From NCBI GenBank assembly GCA_002840555.1, contig PHBJ01000005.1:570698-634697 (forward strand): DNA of 64,000 nt. The letters run 5' to 3'. The notes beneath the pieces were generated by a model, which was not told the DNA's origin, did not search any database, and saw only the letters and a list, made by a program, of their open reading frames with translations. Of this stretch, positions 1 through 9,082 are shown piece after piece. Within the stretch, counting starts at the first letter, position 1, and each line of letters begins with the position of its first letter. Position numbers and translations under genes: made by a program. The DNA comes from Deltaproteobacteria bacterium HGW-Deltaproteobacteria-13. Its GTDB lineage: Bacteria > Desulfobacterota > Syntrophia > Syntrophales > Smithellaceae.

Positions 1-7
1 CGCCGTC

Positions 8-328
8 ATGCGGAAAAATCATAACGCCGAGTTAAAAATAAAAGTTTCACAAAATCAGCTTATAAAAGAAATCATTTCCCGGCAGCAGATCAGCGGCGCC
101 GACCTCAGAGACATTCGGAATGAATTGGGCGTGGCTATAGAAAAAGTTCATCAGGAAACAAAAATCCGCCTCGATTATTTAAATTACATAGAGGAAAATA
201 AAATAGAAAAATTGCCGGCCGCCGTCTTTCTCAAGGGTTTCGTTAAAGCGTACTTAAAAAGCCTCTATGTTGAACCGGCGGATGAAATCAGCGCCCGTTA
301 TATGAACTCCTTGACGCGAAAAAATTAG
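8..328 (+). CDS. Small helix-turn-helix protein (RodZ N-terminal / XRE-type HTH domain only)
   Basis: 106-aa ORF. The segment ISGADLRDIRNELGVAIEKVHQETKIRLDYLNYIEENKIEKLP...FLKGFVKAYLKSL resembles the HTH plus following helix of RodZ-like proteins. The frame is open to the window edge, so the start may lie upstream. Confidence 0.5.
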   Translation: MRKNHNAELKIKVSQNQLIKEIISRQQISGADLRDIRNELGVAIEKVHQETKIRLDYLNYIEENKIEKLPAAVFLKGFVKAYLKSLYVEPADEISARYMNSLTRKN

Positions 329-329
329 C

Positions 330-357
330 TTGACAGGGTATGCCTTTGATGTAAATT
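330..357 (+). promoter_or_regulatory. Candidate sigma70-type promoter (TTGACA-16 nt-TAAATT)
   Basis: TTGACA at 330-335 and TAAATT at 352-357, directly after the stop of the HTH gene and upstream of the lipoprotein gene. Confidence 0.35.
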
Positions 358-401
358 AACAAAAATTAATAAAAAAGAATTTCGAAAAAGTTATCTTTCC
401 A

Positions 402-427
402 TTGACCTACAACGTTGACCTGCAACG
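402..427 (+). repeat. Tandem 13-nt direct repeat TTGACCTACAACG / TTGACCTGCAACG
   Basis: Two adjacent 13-mers differing at one base, about 65 nt upstream of the lipoprotein start codon. Confidence 0.9.
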
Positions 428-493
428 TTTTACGAAAATTGGCATTTCACGAATTAAGTTTTACTGCAACTAAATGACAACAGGAGTAAATTC

Positions 494-1543
494 ATGAAAA
501 AAATATTAGCCTATTTATTATTGTTGAGTCTGCTTATCATTTCCGTGTCCGCGTGCGGTTCCAAGGAAGAAGCGCCGGCATCATCGACCATAAATACGGA
601 TATAGGTCAGGTTCAACTGATAGCGGATGCCGGAGCTGCGAATGTCACTCTGGACTGGCAGGCACAAGCGGGAGCAGAAACCTATAATCTTTATTACCTT
701 GCAGACACTGGCAGCGATCCGGATTCCGCGGAAATAAAAAAAAATGGAACAAAAATATCCGGCGTGATCAGCGCAACCCACACAATTCCAAATCTAAATA
801 ACGGAACAAAATACTGGTTTGCCTTTTCGGGCCAGAATTCCACGACTGAAGGCACTTTGTCAAAAATTGTTCCGGCAACGCCAAGCGCAACACCTCCGCC
901 GGCGGCGCCCAAGAATGTCCGCGCAAATGCGGGAGACAAAACAGTTACCGTCACCTGGACTCCGGTTACCGGCGCTGTCAAATACAATATTTATTGTTAC
1001 TGGCAAGAAGGTGCGAACGCGGCAGGATTGGGCTCCATTACTGTTACCGGTCAGCCCAGCAACCAGAAAATTATTGATGACGCAAACCCGATAACCTGGA
1101 TTGCCGGAACAGTCGCTGGAACAACGACCGGTCTTACAAATGAAAGGACGTATTACTTCTGGGTATCGGCCGTAAATGCCAGTAATGTCGAGGGATACCC
1201 ATCCTTCTATGCATATGCTACTCCGAGTACAAGCCCGCCGCCTGCGGCCCCTGTCCTCTCGATAATAGCCACGGGAGTAGACCCAACGGATGGACATTAT
1301 GTTGATCTCGACTGGACAGATGTGACCGGCGCTGCCTCTTACAAAATCTATTATAGTACGGCCAGCGGAATCAGAAAGGATGTATTATCACCGGTAACTA
1401 CTGATCCTGTTATATATACTTCTAGTTACCTCAGAGCATCGAATCTTACCAGCGGTGTAACATACTACTTTGTCGTAACGGCGGTAGGTGCCAATGGCAA
1501 AGAAAGCGCGGAATCAAACGAACTATCTGCTACAATTCCATAA
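494..1543 (+). CDS. Lipoprotein with three fibronectin-type-III-like repeats
   Basis: Signal peptide with lipobox (LLIISVSAC). Three repeats of the type P(P)AAP.NV.A..GD..V.L.W..V.GA..Y.IYY, each ending in TYYF.V.AV. AGGAG RBS upstream. Confidence 0.75.
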   Translation: MKKILAYLLLLSLLIISVSACGSKEEAPASSTINTDIGQVQLIADAGAANVTLDWQAQAGAETYNLYYLADTGSDPDSAEIKKNGTKISGVISATHTIPNLNNGTKYWFAFSGQNSTTEGTLSKIVPATPSATPPPAAPKNVRANAGDKTVTVTWTPVTGAVKYNIYCYWQEGANAAGLGSITVTGQPSNQKIIDDANPITWIAGTVAGTTTGLTNERTYYFWVSAVNASNVEGYPSFYAYATPSTSPPPAAPVLSIIATGVDPTDGHYVDLDWTDVTGAASYKIYYSTASGIRKDVLSPVTTDPVIYTSSYLRASNLTSGVTYYFVVTAVGANGKESAESNELSATIP

Positions 1544-1584
1544 GCAGGAACAGGCTTTATTGCCGGTAAAATTTAAAATAAAAA

Positions 1585-1608
1585 GGGGCATTCAGGCCCC
1601 TTTTTATT
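1585..1608 (+). terminator. Intrinsic terminator after the lipoprotein gene
   Basis: GGGGC-ATTCAG-GCCCC hairpin followed by TTTTTATT. Confidence 0.7.
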
Positions 1609-1709
1609 GTGCCCGGAGAAAGCAGCTTGATTCTCCATAACTTATTGAATCAAATTTAAATTCATGTTAAAGGCCCTCAGTAGTTTCATCACCGGCGGAG
1701 CAGGAATAC

Positions 1710-2936
1710 ATGAGCGTTTTTGAATACATTGCGTTAGATGAAAAAGGCAACCAGCGCAAAGGCTTTATCGATGCGCCGGGCATTGCCGCGGCCCGGCAGA
1801 AACTGCGGGAAGAAAACGTTTATCCTGTGGAAATTAATCAGGCCCAGACAAAAAAAGAAACCGCGATATCATCGGCTTTAAAGATCAATCTCTGGGAGAG
1901 AGTTTCCTCCGGCGAGGTTTCCGTTTTCACCCGTCAGCTCTCCACGCTTTTAGGCGCCGGGATGCCTCTGGTGCCTTCTCTCTCCATTCTGATGCAACAG
2001 GCCAATAATCCCCTTCTGAAAAAGTCCCTGGCGCAAATCCGCGAGCAGGTCAATGAAGGTAAAAGCCTGACAGAGGGCATGTCGGGGTTCCCTCGAATTT
2101 TTCCGCCTTTTTATCTGAACATGGTCAGGGCCGGTGAAGCCTCGGGAACGATCAATCTGGTCCTGGAGCGGCTGGCCGACTTCAGCGAAAACCAGCAGGC
2201 ATTGATGAGCAAAATCCGCTCCGCCCTTGCTTATCCGATTATTATGTTTTTTATGGGAACCACCGTTATTTTTCTGCTGATGGCTTTTGTTGTGCCGAAA
2301 ATCACCGGCATTTTTACCGATATGAATCAAACCCTTCCGCTGGTTACAACGATCTTGATTAAGGTCAGCAATTTTTTAAAATCATTCTGGTGGATTATTC
2401 TGATTCTTCTGGGAGCGGGAGTCGCCGCTTTTAAATACACGACGGCGGGAACGGAAACGGGCAGGCGGATGTGGGATGGCGCCAAATTAAAAATTCCGTT
2501 ATTCGGACAAATTAACCGCAAAATTGCGATTGCCAGATTCTGCCGGACGCTGGCCACGCTGCTGCAAAGCGGAGTCCCGCTTCTGGCGGCAATGGAAATC
2601 GTCCGTAATATCGTCAACAATATTATTATCGGCGATGCTATCCATCAGGCTTCTAAAGATCTGGAAGAAGGTAAGGGACTCTCCGGACCCCTGACGCAAA
2701 GCGGCATGTTCCCTCCGCTGGTAACTGAAATGATTGCCGTGGGAGAACAAAGCGGCACGCTGGAAAAAATGCTCAACCGCATTGCCACGGCTTATGAAAA
2801 CGAATCTCAATCGAATATAATGGTTATGACTTCACTTCTGGAGCCTGTCATGATACTGGTCATGGGGCTTGTGGTCGGCTTTATCGTCGTCTCCATTTTA
2901 TTGCCGATATTTGAAATGAATCAGTTGGTGAGATGA
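1710..2936 (+). CDS. gspF: Type II secretion system inner-membrane platform protein GspF
   Basis: 408 aa with a duplicated T2SS-F domain architecture and three hydrophobic segments. The N-terminus MSVFEYIALDEKGNQRKGFIDAP is typical of GspF/PilC. Sits in the gsp cluster. Confidence 0.9.
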   Translation: MSVFEYIALDEKGNQRKGFIDAPGIAAARQKLREENVYPVEINQAQTKKETAISSALKINLWERVSSGEVSVFTRQLSTLLGAGMPLVPSLSILMQQANNPLLKKSLAQIREQVNEGKSLTEGMSGFPRIFPPFYLNMVRAGEASGTINLVLERLADFSENQQALMSKIRSALAYPIIMFFMGTTVIFLLMAFVVPKITGIFTDMNQTLPLVTTILIKVSNFLKSFWWIILILLGAGVAAFKYTTAGTETGRRMWDGAKLKIPLFGQINRKIAIARFCRTLATLLQSGVPLLAAMEIVRNIVNNIIIGDAIHQASKDLEEGKGLSGPLTQSGMFPPLVTEMIAVGEQSGTLEKMLNRIATAYENESQSNIMVMTSLLEPVMILVMGLVVGFIVVSILLPIFEMNQLVR

Positions 2937-2968
2937 CGACTTTGTAAAACACCCTATATGTTTTACGT

Positions 2969-3103
2969 GTCCCCCGCTGGCGAGGGATAAAGGGGGTGGA
3001 TGTGTTAATTGCAGGCATAATTTTTTACCCGAGGTGCAGATCACAAGTGATTAATCCACCTCCGTCCCGATGATGCATCGGGACACCTCCGCCAGCGGAG
3101 GAC
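2969..3103. repeat. Nested palindromic (REP/BIME-like) element in the gspF-gspG spacer
   Basis: GTCCCCCGCTGGCGAGGG (2969-2986) matches the reverse complement of CCTCCGCCAGCGGAGGAC (3086-3103) at 15/18. GGGGGTGGAT (2992-3001) pairs with ATCCACCTCC (3054-3063). There is an inner perfect 9-bp hairpin, GTCCCGATG-ATG-CATCGGGAC (3064-3084). Confidence 0.6.
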
Positions 3104-3130
3104 AGAAAACAATAAAAGAAGGGGTTGGTT

Positions 3131-3583
3131 ATGAAAATTTTCAGACGGAAAAAAAATAAAGAGGCAGGGTTTACCTTAATTGAGTTGATGGTGGTTATCG
3201 TCATTTTAGGAGTGCTCGCCGGCATGATTATCCCCCGCATCATGGGACGCCCCGATGAGGCAAGACAGGCCAAAGCCAAGATACAAATGGAAGCTCTGGA
3301 ATCGGCGCTGAAACTCTATAAACTCGATAACGGCGGCTACCCGACGACTGAACAGGGTTTAAACGCTCTGGTGGAAGCCCCGGCCGTGGGAAACATTCCC
3401 AAAAACTGGCGCCAGGGCGGCTATCTGGAAAAAGGCAAGGTGCCCAAAGACCCCTGGGGAAATGATTTTGTCTATCTGAGCCCCGGCAGCCATGGCGATT
3501 TTGATTTATCGTGTCTGGGCAAAGACGGTGAACCCGGAGGAGAAGGTGTCGATAAAGACATCAATAACTGGGAAATTGAATAA
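3131..3583 (+). CDS. gspG: Type II secretion major pseudopilin GspG
   Basis: Prepilin leader [13 protein letters not shown]|[14 protein letters not shown], then [38 protein letters not shown] and [13 protein letters not shown], typical of GspG. ATG at 3131 is preferred over the track start (TTG, 3125). Confidence 0.9.
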   Translation: MKIFRRKKNKEAGFTLIELMVVIVILGVLAGMIIPRIMGRPDEARQAKAKIQMEALESALKLYKLDNGGYPTTEQGLNALVEAPAVGNIPKNWRQGGYLEKGKVPKDPWGNDFVYLSPGSHGDFDLSCLGKDGEPGGEGVDKDINNWEIE

Positions 3584-4097
3584 GCAGGGTTTTACCCTTG
3601 TCGAATTATTGCTGGTCATCACGCTTATCGGAGTGGTTCTGGCCTTGGCTGTTCCCTCTACCAGAGATGTGCTGACCGGCGATAAGCTCAAGAAAGCTTC
3701 GCGTCAGTTTATCGCCATGGAAAGAAAATTGCGCGTTGACGCCGTCCGCGACCAGATGAATTATATCCTCTGCATTGACCTGCCTAATTCCGCCTACTGG
3801 GTTATTGCCTCCGACATGACACCGGAAAAGCAAGATGAGATCAAAAAGAATCCGCGGCATTTGCCCTCGGATGTCGCGATCATGGATATTGTGGACGAAA
3901 ATAACAAAAAGAAAACCGTGGGAGAGGCCAGAATTAATTTTACGAAGAACAATATCTGCTCTCCGGCCATAATCCATCTGGCGTATGAAGAAGACAGAAT
4001 GACGATCGTCATCAATCCTTTTCTCGGCATAACGGATATTTTCGATAAATATGTTGATATTCCCCTCGGCGGTTCCGGGCACGATATTCCCCGGTGA
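3576..4097 (+). CDS. gspH: Minor pseudopilin, GspH-like
   Basis: Prepilin signature KQG|[17 protein letters not shown] at 3576 gives a short leader (MNKQG). The track ORF start at 3492 overlaps gspG and is probably an artefact. Assignment to H is by position after gspG. Confidence 0.65.
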   Translation: MNKQGFTLVELLLVITLIGVVLALAVPSTRDVLTGDKLKKASRQFIAMERKLRVDAVRDQMNYILCIDLPNSAYWVIASDMTPEKQDEIKKNPRHLPSDVAIMDIVDENNKKKTVGEARINFTKNNICSPAIIHLAYEEDRMTIVINPFLGITDIFDKYVDIPLGGSGHDIPR

Positions 4098-4108
4098 AGG
4101 ACGGCGGC

Positions 4109-4480
4109 ATGACACGAAACAAAGCAAAAGGTTTCACTCTCATGGAGGTGATGATCGCCATGGCGATTCTGGCCATCGCGCTTGTCTCCATCTTTCAATT
4201 GCAGTCCCAGAGCATTTCCATGGCCACGGATTCGCGTTTTATGACCACGGCGGCCTTGCTTGCCCAAAGCAAAATGGTCGAGGTGGAAACGGCTTCTTCT
4301 TTATCCAATAAAAGCGAGAATGGAGACTTCGGCTCCGATTATCCCCAATATGCCTGGCATCTGGAAATCGGCGATACTCAGTTGCTGCAGTTTAAAAAAA
4401 TTGAAGTTACGGTAACCAACAAATTATTTGCCCGTCGCGGAACATACAATCTAATTCTTTACAAAAAGGCGGGATTGTAA
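4109..4480 (+). CDS. gspI: Minor pseudopilin, GspI-like
   Basis: MTRNKAKG|FTLMEVMIAMAILAIALVSIFQ prepilin N-terminus. About 120 aa, the size typical of GspI. GAAGGA RBS lies before the ATG at 4109. Confidence 0.7.
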   Translation: MTRNKAKGFTLMEVMIAMAILAIALVSIFQLQSQSISMATDSRFMTTAALLAQSKMVEVETASSLSNKSENGDFGSDYPQYAWHLEIGDTQLLQFKKIEVTVTNKLFARRGTYNLILYKKAGL

Positions 4481-4546
4481 CTTATGACCGGCCGGCGCAT
4501 GAAAAATATTACAAACAGCGGTGAGTTTTGCAGTGCAACGCAGCAG

Positions 4547-5203
4547 ATGAGCGTTTTTCAACAGTCCCGAGGATTTACTCTGGTCGAGATACTTATCGCC
4601 ATCTTTATCTTAAGTCTGGTCATGGCCACGGTTTATGTTTCCTACAGCGGCATTTTAAAAACCTCGCATCAACTGGAGGAAGAAGGCGCTATCTACCAAA
4701 TGGCGCGTATCACCATGGACCGGATGATCAAGGATTTGTCGTCGCTGCAATCATCTTCCGGCTCTTTTGACCTGCGCGCCGGAAAAAATAAGTTAAGTAA
4801 CCGTGAATTTCATACCCTTGCTTTCTGGTCGGCTTCTCATCTGGCATTTGGCGAGAATGAGCATGAAGAACGTCCGGCCGCGATCAGTTACTATGTGCGG
4901 CAGGATGAAGGCTCTGAAAGTTTTTCCCTGTGGAGAGCCGATGTATCCGGCGCCAAACCGGACAAAGAAAAAAACACAGAGGGCGGCTTTATCATTTGTA
5001 AAAACATCGATACCTTCAGGCTGACCTTTTATGATTCCGAAGGCAGGGAAACCGATTCGTGGGATACCTCCCCGGCGGCAGGCGGAGATCAGACGGGCAA
5101 AGCGCCCGCGGTTGTTAAAATAGAGCTGTTTCTGGTCAATTTAAACGACCGGGAAAAACCTTACAAATTTATGACGAAAGTAGTTTTACCGGCTGAAAAA
5201 TGA
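4547..5203 (+). CDS. gspJ: Minor pseudopilin, GspJ-like
   Basis: MSVFQQSRG|FTLVEILIAIFILS prepilin N-terminus. About 218 aa. The start could instead be the upstream ATG at 4484. Confidence 0.65.
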   Translation: MSVFQQSRGFTLVEILIAIFILSLVMATVYVSYSGILKTSHQLEEEGAIYQMARITMDRMIKDLSSLQSSSGSFDLRAGKNKLSNREFHTLAFWSASHLAFGENEHEERPAAISYYVRQDEGSESFSLWRADVSGAKPDKEKNTEGGFIICKNIDTFRLTFYDSEGRETDSWDTSPAAGGDQTGKAPAVVKIELFLVNLNDREKPYKFMTKVVLPAEK

Positions 5204-6171
5204 ACGCCATGAAAAACACATTTCTTAATAATCGCGGAGTGGCGCTGATCACGGTCATATTGATCATTGTTATTTTAGTGGCCGTCGTTATCGAATTGAA
5301 CCGCTCGTCCCGCGCCGATATTTACGACGCGGCGAACATCAGCGACGGCATAAAATTAACTTATATCGCCAAATCAGGAGCTTACGGAGCAGCCGCCCTT
5401 CTGACGAATTCCAAAAACGATTACGATACCTTGCGCGACGACTGGGCGCACATGGAAACAATATCCCTGCAATCAAATGCTCTTTTTCCCGATGGTAATT
5501 TTAGTGTGAGGGTCGAAGATGAAAGCGGTAAGATTCCTCTCAATAAACTGATCAACGGAAATGAATTCAACCCGGACATTAAAGATATTCTGATCAGATT
5601 GCTGGGACAGCCGGAGTTCAAACTGGACGAAAGAAAAATAGCCGAAATGGTTGATTCCATAAAAGACTGGATTGACGCCGACGATAATGTTACGGATTCC
5701 GGGGCGGAAAGATCTTATTACGCTTCTCTGGATCCGCCTTACGAGGCCAAAAATGCTCCGTTTGATTGCATTGAAGAATTGCTTATGGTAAAGGGAATAA
5801 CTAAAGAAATTTTTTACGGAACAAAAGAAAAACCGGCTTTAGCGGCGTACGTTACGGCGGACAGCGACGGAGCGATCAATATCAATACCGCGCCGAAGAT
5901 GGTTTTGCGTTCCCTTGCCGACGGAATCAGTGTTGAATTGGCTGATCGAATGGATGAGGAACGCAGGAAAGAAAGCACTGTTTTATCCAATACCCAGTGG
6001 TTTCTGAATATGGCGGGCGTAACGGTCAAACCGGAATTGATTACGATAAAAAGCGGTTATTTTAAAATTATATCGACCGGAAAGATGAATAACATGGCGA
6101 AAACCGTCAGCGGAATTGTGAAAAAATCACAAGATAAATCCGTCCGGATCATTAAATGGAGGCAGGATTAA
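5200..6171 (+). CDS. gspK: Minor pseudopilin GspK-like
   Basis: N-terminus NNRGVALITVILIIVILVAVVIEL lacks the Glu5-type prepilin motif, as in GspK. 323 aa. ATGA overlap with gspJ. Confidence 0.7.
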   Translation: MNAMKNTFLNNRGVALITVILIIVILVAVVIELNRSSRADIYDAANISDGIKLTYIAKSGAYGAAALLTNSKNDYDTLRDDWAHMETISLQSNALFPDGNFSVRVEDESGKIPLNKLINGNEFNPDIKDILIRLLGQPEFKLDERKIAEMVDSIKDWIDADDNVTDSGAERSYYASLDPPYEAKNAPFDCIEELLMVKGITKEIFYGTKEKPALAAYVTADSDGAININTAPKMVLRSLADGISVELADRMDEERRKESTVLSNTQWFLNMAGVTVKPELITIKSGYFKIISTGKMNNMAKTVSGIVKKSQDKSVRIIKWRQD

Positions 6172-7688
6172 TGCCGCAAACCGTATTAGGGCTGGATATC
6201 GGTCAAAGCACCGTTAAAGCGGTTGTGCTGTCTCACAAAGGTTTCGGCGGCCGTATTCTTGCCGTCAAGACGTTGGATATCAACGCCTGCGGGGGAATTG
6301 AAGCAGCATTACAGAAACTGGGAGAGGATAAGACTTTTTCCAATATTCCTGTTTGCATTTCCCTGCCTCTTACAGACATAATGTTTCGGCAAGTCAGCCT
6401 GCCTTTTCGCGATGATAACAAAATAAGAAAAACGCTGGCCTTTGAATTGGAGCCTCTCCTCCCCGTGGCCATAGAAGAAGTGACCGCCGATTACCTGATG
6501 ATTCCCCGTAACGGATTACTCGTCGCCGCGCTGGCAAAGAAAAACGTCAGCGGCTGGATAGAGAAAGTGGAAGGGACTCTAGGAGAAGTAAGCATCATTG
6601 ACGCTTCCCCTGCCGCTCTGGCCGCTCAGATAATAAATAATAAAAAAACGTCCGGCGGCGGAGTCATTCTGGATATCGGACGCGATTCAACAACTGCGAC
6701 ATTTTATGAGAATGACGCGATTGTTCAAATACGGCCGCTGGCTTTCGGCGGTGAGCGCATCACAGAGGCATTAGCGGCTCAGTTTTCCATGGACAGGGAT
6801 AAAGCTGAAGCATTGAAAATCAACACGGATTATCCTGAAGCCGCGGCAAAGGCGGGCGAGGTTTGTCACGGTTTTTGCTCAGAATTGAAAAATACCATCG
6901 AGTATCTGAAGTTAAACGGCGTCCTGCAAAATGATCCCCGGCAAATTACCGTAACCGGCGGAGGCTCTCTGTTTATTCCCCTGAAAAAAGAGCTGGAGAA
7001 CTATTTTTCCTTTCCGGTGGAAGCTCTTGATCTTGTCCGGCTCAAACAACTGGAAATCGAAGAAACGATCCGCGGTCAATTCGACGCGCAAACAATGAAT
7101 ACGGCGGTTGCCGCCGCGATGAGGATTTCCGCCGGGCGAAAGTCTTTTAATTTCCGTCAGGGGGAATTTTCGGCTAAAAGCGGCCGCCTGAATTTAAAAG
7201 AGCAATTAAAGTGGGCGGCCTGGATTGCCGGAATAATCGTTCTTCTGGCCGTTGTCAATCAGGCCTTCGACTATGGTCTGAAAACGCAGCGGCTTAATGA
7301 TATCAAAAAACAAATTTCCCTGATTTTTAAGAAAAACTTCCCGGAAGCGAAGAACATGATTGATCCCGTGCAGCAGCTCAAGTCCAGGCTTGCCGAGAAT
7401 AAAAAAACTTTTGGTTTTTACGAAGGATTGCCGGAGGCAACGGCTGTCGATTTATTGAAGGAGATTTCGGGGCTGATTTCGCCTTCTCTGGATATCATTA
7501 TTTCCGATTTAAATTACGAAAGCGGCATTGTTTCAATGAAAGGCGACGCAAAAACGATTGATGAAGTTTCGGCGGTTAAAAACGAGCTTTCGAAATCCCG
7601 ATATTTTAAAAATGTAACCATGGGTTCGACGAGCCTCTCCAAAGACGGCGGCCGGGTTAATTTCAACTTAAGGATTGAAGTTAAATGA
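6171..7688 (+). CDS. gspL: T2SS assembly protein GspL (PilM/actin-like N-domain, TM segment, periplasmic C-domain)
   Basis: LGLDIGQSTVKAVVL and ITVTGGGS motifs of the actin-like ATPase fold. A central TM helix (WAAWIAGIIVLLAVV). TAATG overlap with gspK, with GGAGG 8 nt upstream of the ATG at 6171. Confidence 0.7.
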   Translation: MPQTVLGLDIGQSTVKAVVLSHKGFGGRILAVKTLDINACGGIEAALQKLGEDKTFSNIPVCISLPLTDIMFRQVSLPFRDDNKIRKTLAFELEPLLPVAIEEVTADYLMIPRNGLLVAALAKKNVSGWIEKVEGTLGEVSIIDASPAALAAQIINNKKTSGGGVILDIGRDSTTATFYENDAIVQIRPLAFGGERITEALAAQFSMDRDKAEALKINTDYPEAAAKAGEVCHGFCSELKNTIEYLKLNGVLQNDPRQITVTGGGSLFIPLKKELENYFSFPVEALDLVRLKQLEIEETIRGQFDAQTMNTAVAAAMRISAGRKSFNFRQGEFSAKSGRLNLKEQLKWAAWIAGIIVLLAVVNQAFDYGLKTQRLNDIKKQISLIFKKNFPEAKNMIDPVQQLKSRLAENKKTFGFYEGLPEATAVDLLKEISGLISPSLDIIISDLNYESGIVSMKGDAKTIDEVSAVKNELSKSRYFKNVTMGSTSLSKDGGRVNFNLRIEVK

Positions 7689-8245
7689 TAAAGGCATTCT
7701 GGGAAAAATTAGATGAAAAACAGCGAAACCTTGCCTTGGGTGCGGCCATATTCGTTGTGATTGCCCTGATTCTGGAAATAGCTGTTTTCCCCTTCTGGGA
7801 TGCTAAAGAAAAGCTGGCGAAAGCAATAAAAATTAATCAAAAAAAACTTGGCGAAATAAGTGAACTCTCCGCCCAGTATACAACGCTTGCAGCAAAAACA
7901 GCGGCCGTAAAAAGGGCGGTTTCCGTGCGCGGCCCCGATTTTACTTTATTTTCCTATCTGGAGAAAAAGGCGACGCTGGCAAATGTCCGGGGAAGAATAA
8001 AATACATGAATTCCTCGCGGGGAACGCAATCCGGTTCTTTTGAAGAATCATTGATTGACATGAAACTCGAAAAAATTACCATTAAGCAGCTAACCGACTT
8101 CCTCTATTTTGCCGAGTCACCGGCGGATTTGGTAAGAATAAAAAAAATAACCATAAACAAAATGAAGGAAAGCCCGGAATACTTAAACGCGCAGTTGCAA
8201 ATTTCCTCTTTCCAACCACTGAGCCAACAGTCAGGGGGCAGGTAG
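7685..8245 (+). CDS. gspM: T2SS protein GspM-like (PilO-like bitopic protein)
   Basis: 186 aa with a single N-terminal TM (LALGAAIFVVIALILEIAVFPFW). ATGA-coupled to gspL. The call rests on position. Confidence 0.55.
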   Translation: MIKAFWEKLDEKQRNLALGAAIFVVIALILEIAVFPFWDAKEKLAKAIKINQKKLGEISELSAQYTTLAAKTAAVKRAVSVRGPDFTLFSYLEKKATLANVRGRIKYMNSSRGTQSGSFEESLIDMKLEKITIKQLTDFLYFAESPADLVRIKKITINKMKESPEYLNAQLQISSFQPLSQQSGGR

Positions 8246-8249
8246 CGGC

Positions 8250-9071
8250 ATGAAGATACTGAAAAAAAAGGGGCTATGGTTCACACTTTACGGAATATTG
8301 ATTACTGTCGTATTCCTGTATCTTCTTTTCCCCTCGGATATTGCCAAAAGCAGGCTGGAAGAAGCGGCAAATGCATCGGATTTGATTTTGAAGATGGATT
8401 CCTTGCGGGCCGCCGTCCCTCTCGGTTTGAAGCTGAAAAATATGATCTTAAGTTCATCGTCGGGTAATGTTTACTTTCAGGGTGAATTGCTTGATTTGCA
8501 ATTCAATCCCTTTAGTTATTTTCAAAAAAACAAATCCATCGGTCTTAGCGGCAAAGCTTACGGAGGTAATTTTTCCGGACGCTTTGGCCTGGCTTCGTTT
8601 TCTAAAATTTATCCGCCGGAAGAAGGAAAACTTAAATTTCAAAATATTGATCTGGCCGGATTTGCTTACATTAAAACATTGATGGGAAGAGAAATTGCGG
8701 GAAAAGCAAGCGGCAACTGGACACATGCTTTCGATCGCAAAGCCGGCGGAAATCTTTCGGCAACCCTCGCGCTTTTTTTAACCAAGGGGACTTATTCCTT
8801 AACCGAGCCGTTTCTGGGATTAAACAGAATCGATTTTGACCGCGGCGAAATTCATGCCCAGCTGAAAAATGGCATCATCAGACTGGAAAAATTGCAGATC
8901 TCCAGTCCGCAAATGGATTGTTTATTAAGTGGTGAAATAACGCTTGCCGACGATTTTAAAAACAGCCAGCTTAACCTGAAGGGCGAGATGTCAATGTCAG
9001 AAAATAAAAAAGTTAAAATGAAGATCACTATCGGCGGAACACTGGCCAATCCCGTATCCCGCTATATTTAA
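8250..9071 (+). CDS. gspN: T2SS protein GspN-like
   Basis: 273 aa with an N-terminal TM anchor and a beta-rich periplasmic body. It follows gspM as in clusters carrying GspN. The call is by position and architecture. Confidence 0.5.
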   Translation: MKILKKKGLWFTLYGILITVVFLYLLFPSDIAKSRLEEAANASDLILKMDSLRAAVPLGLKLKNMILSSSSGNVYFQGELLDLQFNPFSYFQKNKSIGLSGKAYGGNFSGRFGLASFSKIYPPEEGKLKFQNIDLAGFAYIKTLMGREIAGKASGNWTHAFDRKAGGNLSATLALFLTKGTYSLTEPFLGLNRIDFDRGEIHAQLKNGIIRLEKLQISSPQMDCLLSGEITLADDFKNSQLNLKGEMSMSENKKVKMKITIGGTLANPVSRYI

Positions 9072-9082
9072 CGGCAAAGATT

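Noticed and set aside
2996-3016. Sigma54-type promoter (TGGATGTGTTAATTGCA) upstream of the major pseudopilin gene gspG.
   Set aside because: The GG-to-GC spacing is one nucleotide longer than the strict -24/-12 spacing, and the -24 element is TGGATG rather than TGGCAC.
3492-3575. The track ORF start for the GspH-like pseudopilin overlaps gspG by about 90 nt.
   Set aside because: Prepilin leaders are short. A TTG at 3576 gives MNKQG|FTLVE. The upstream extension is an artefact of the open frame.
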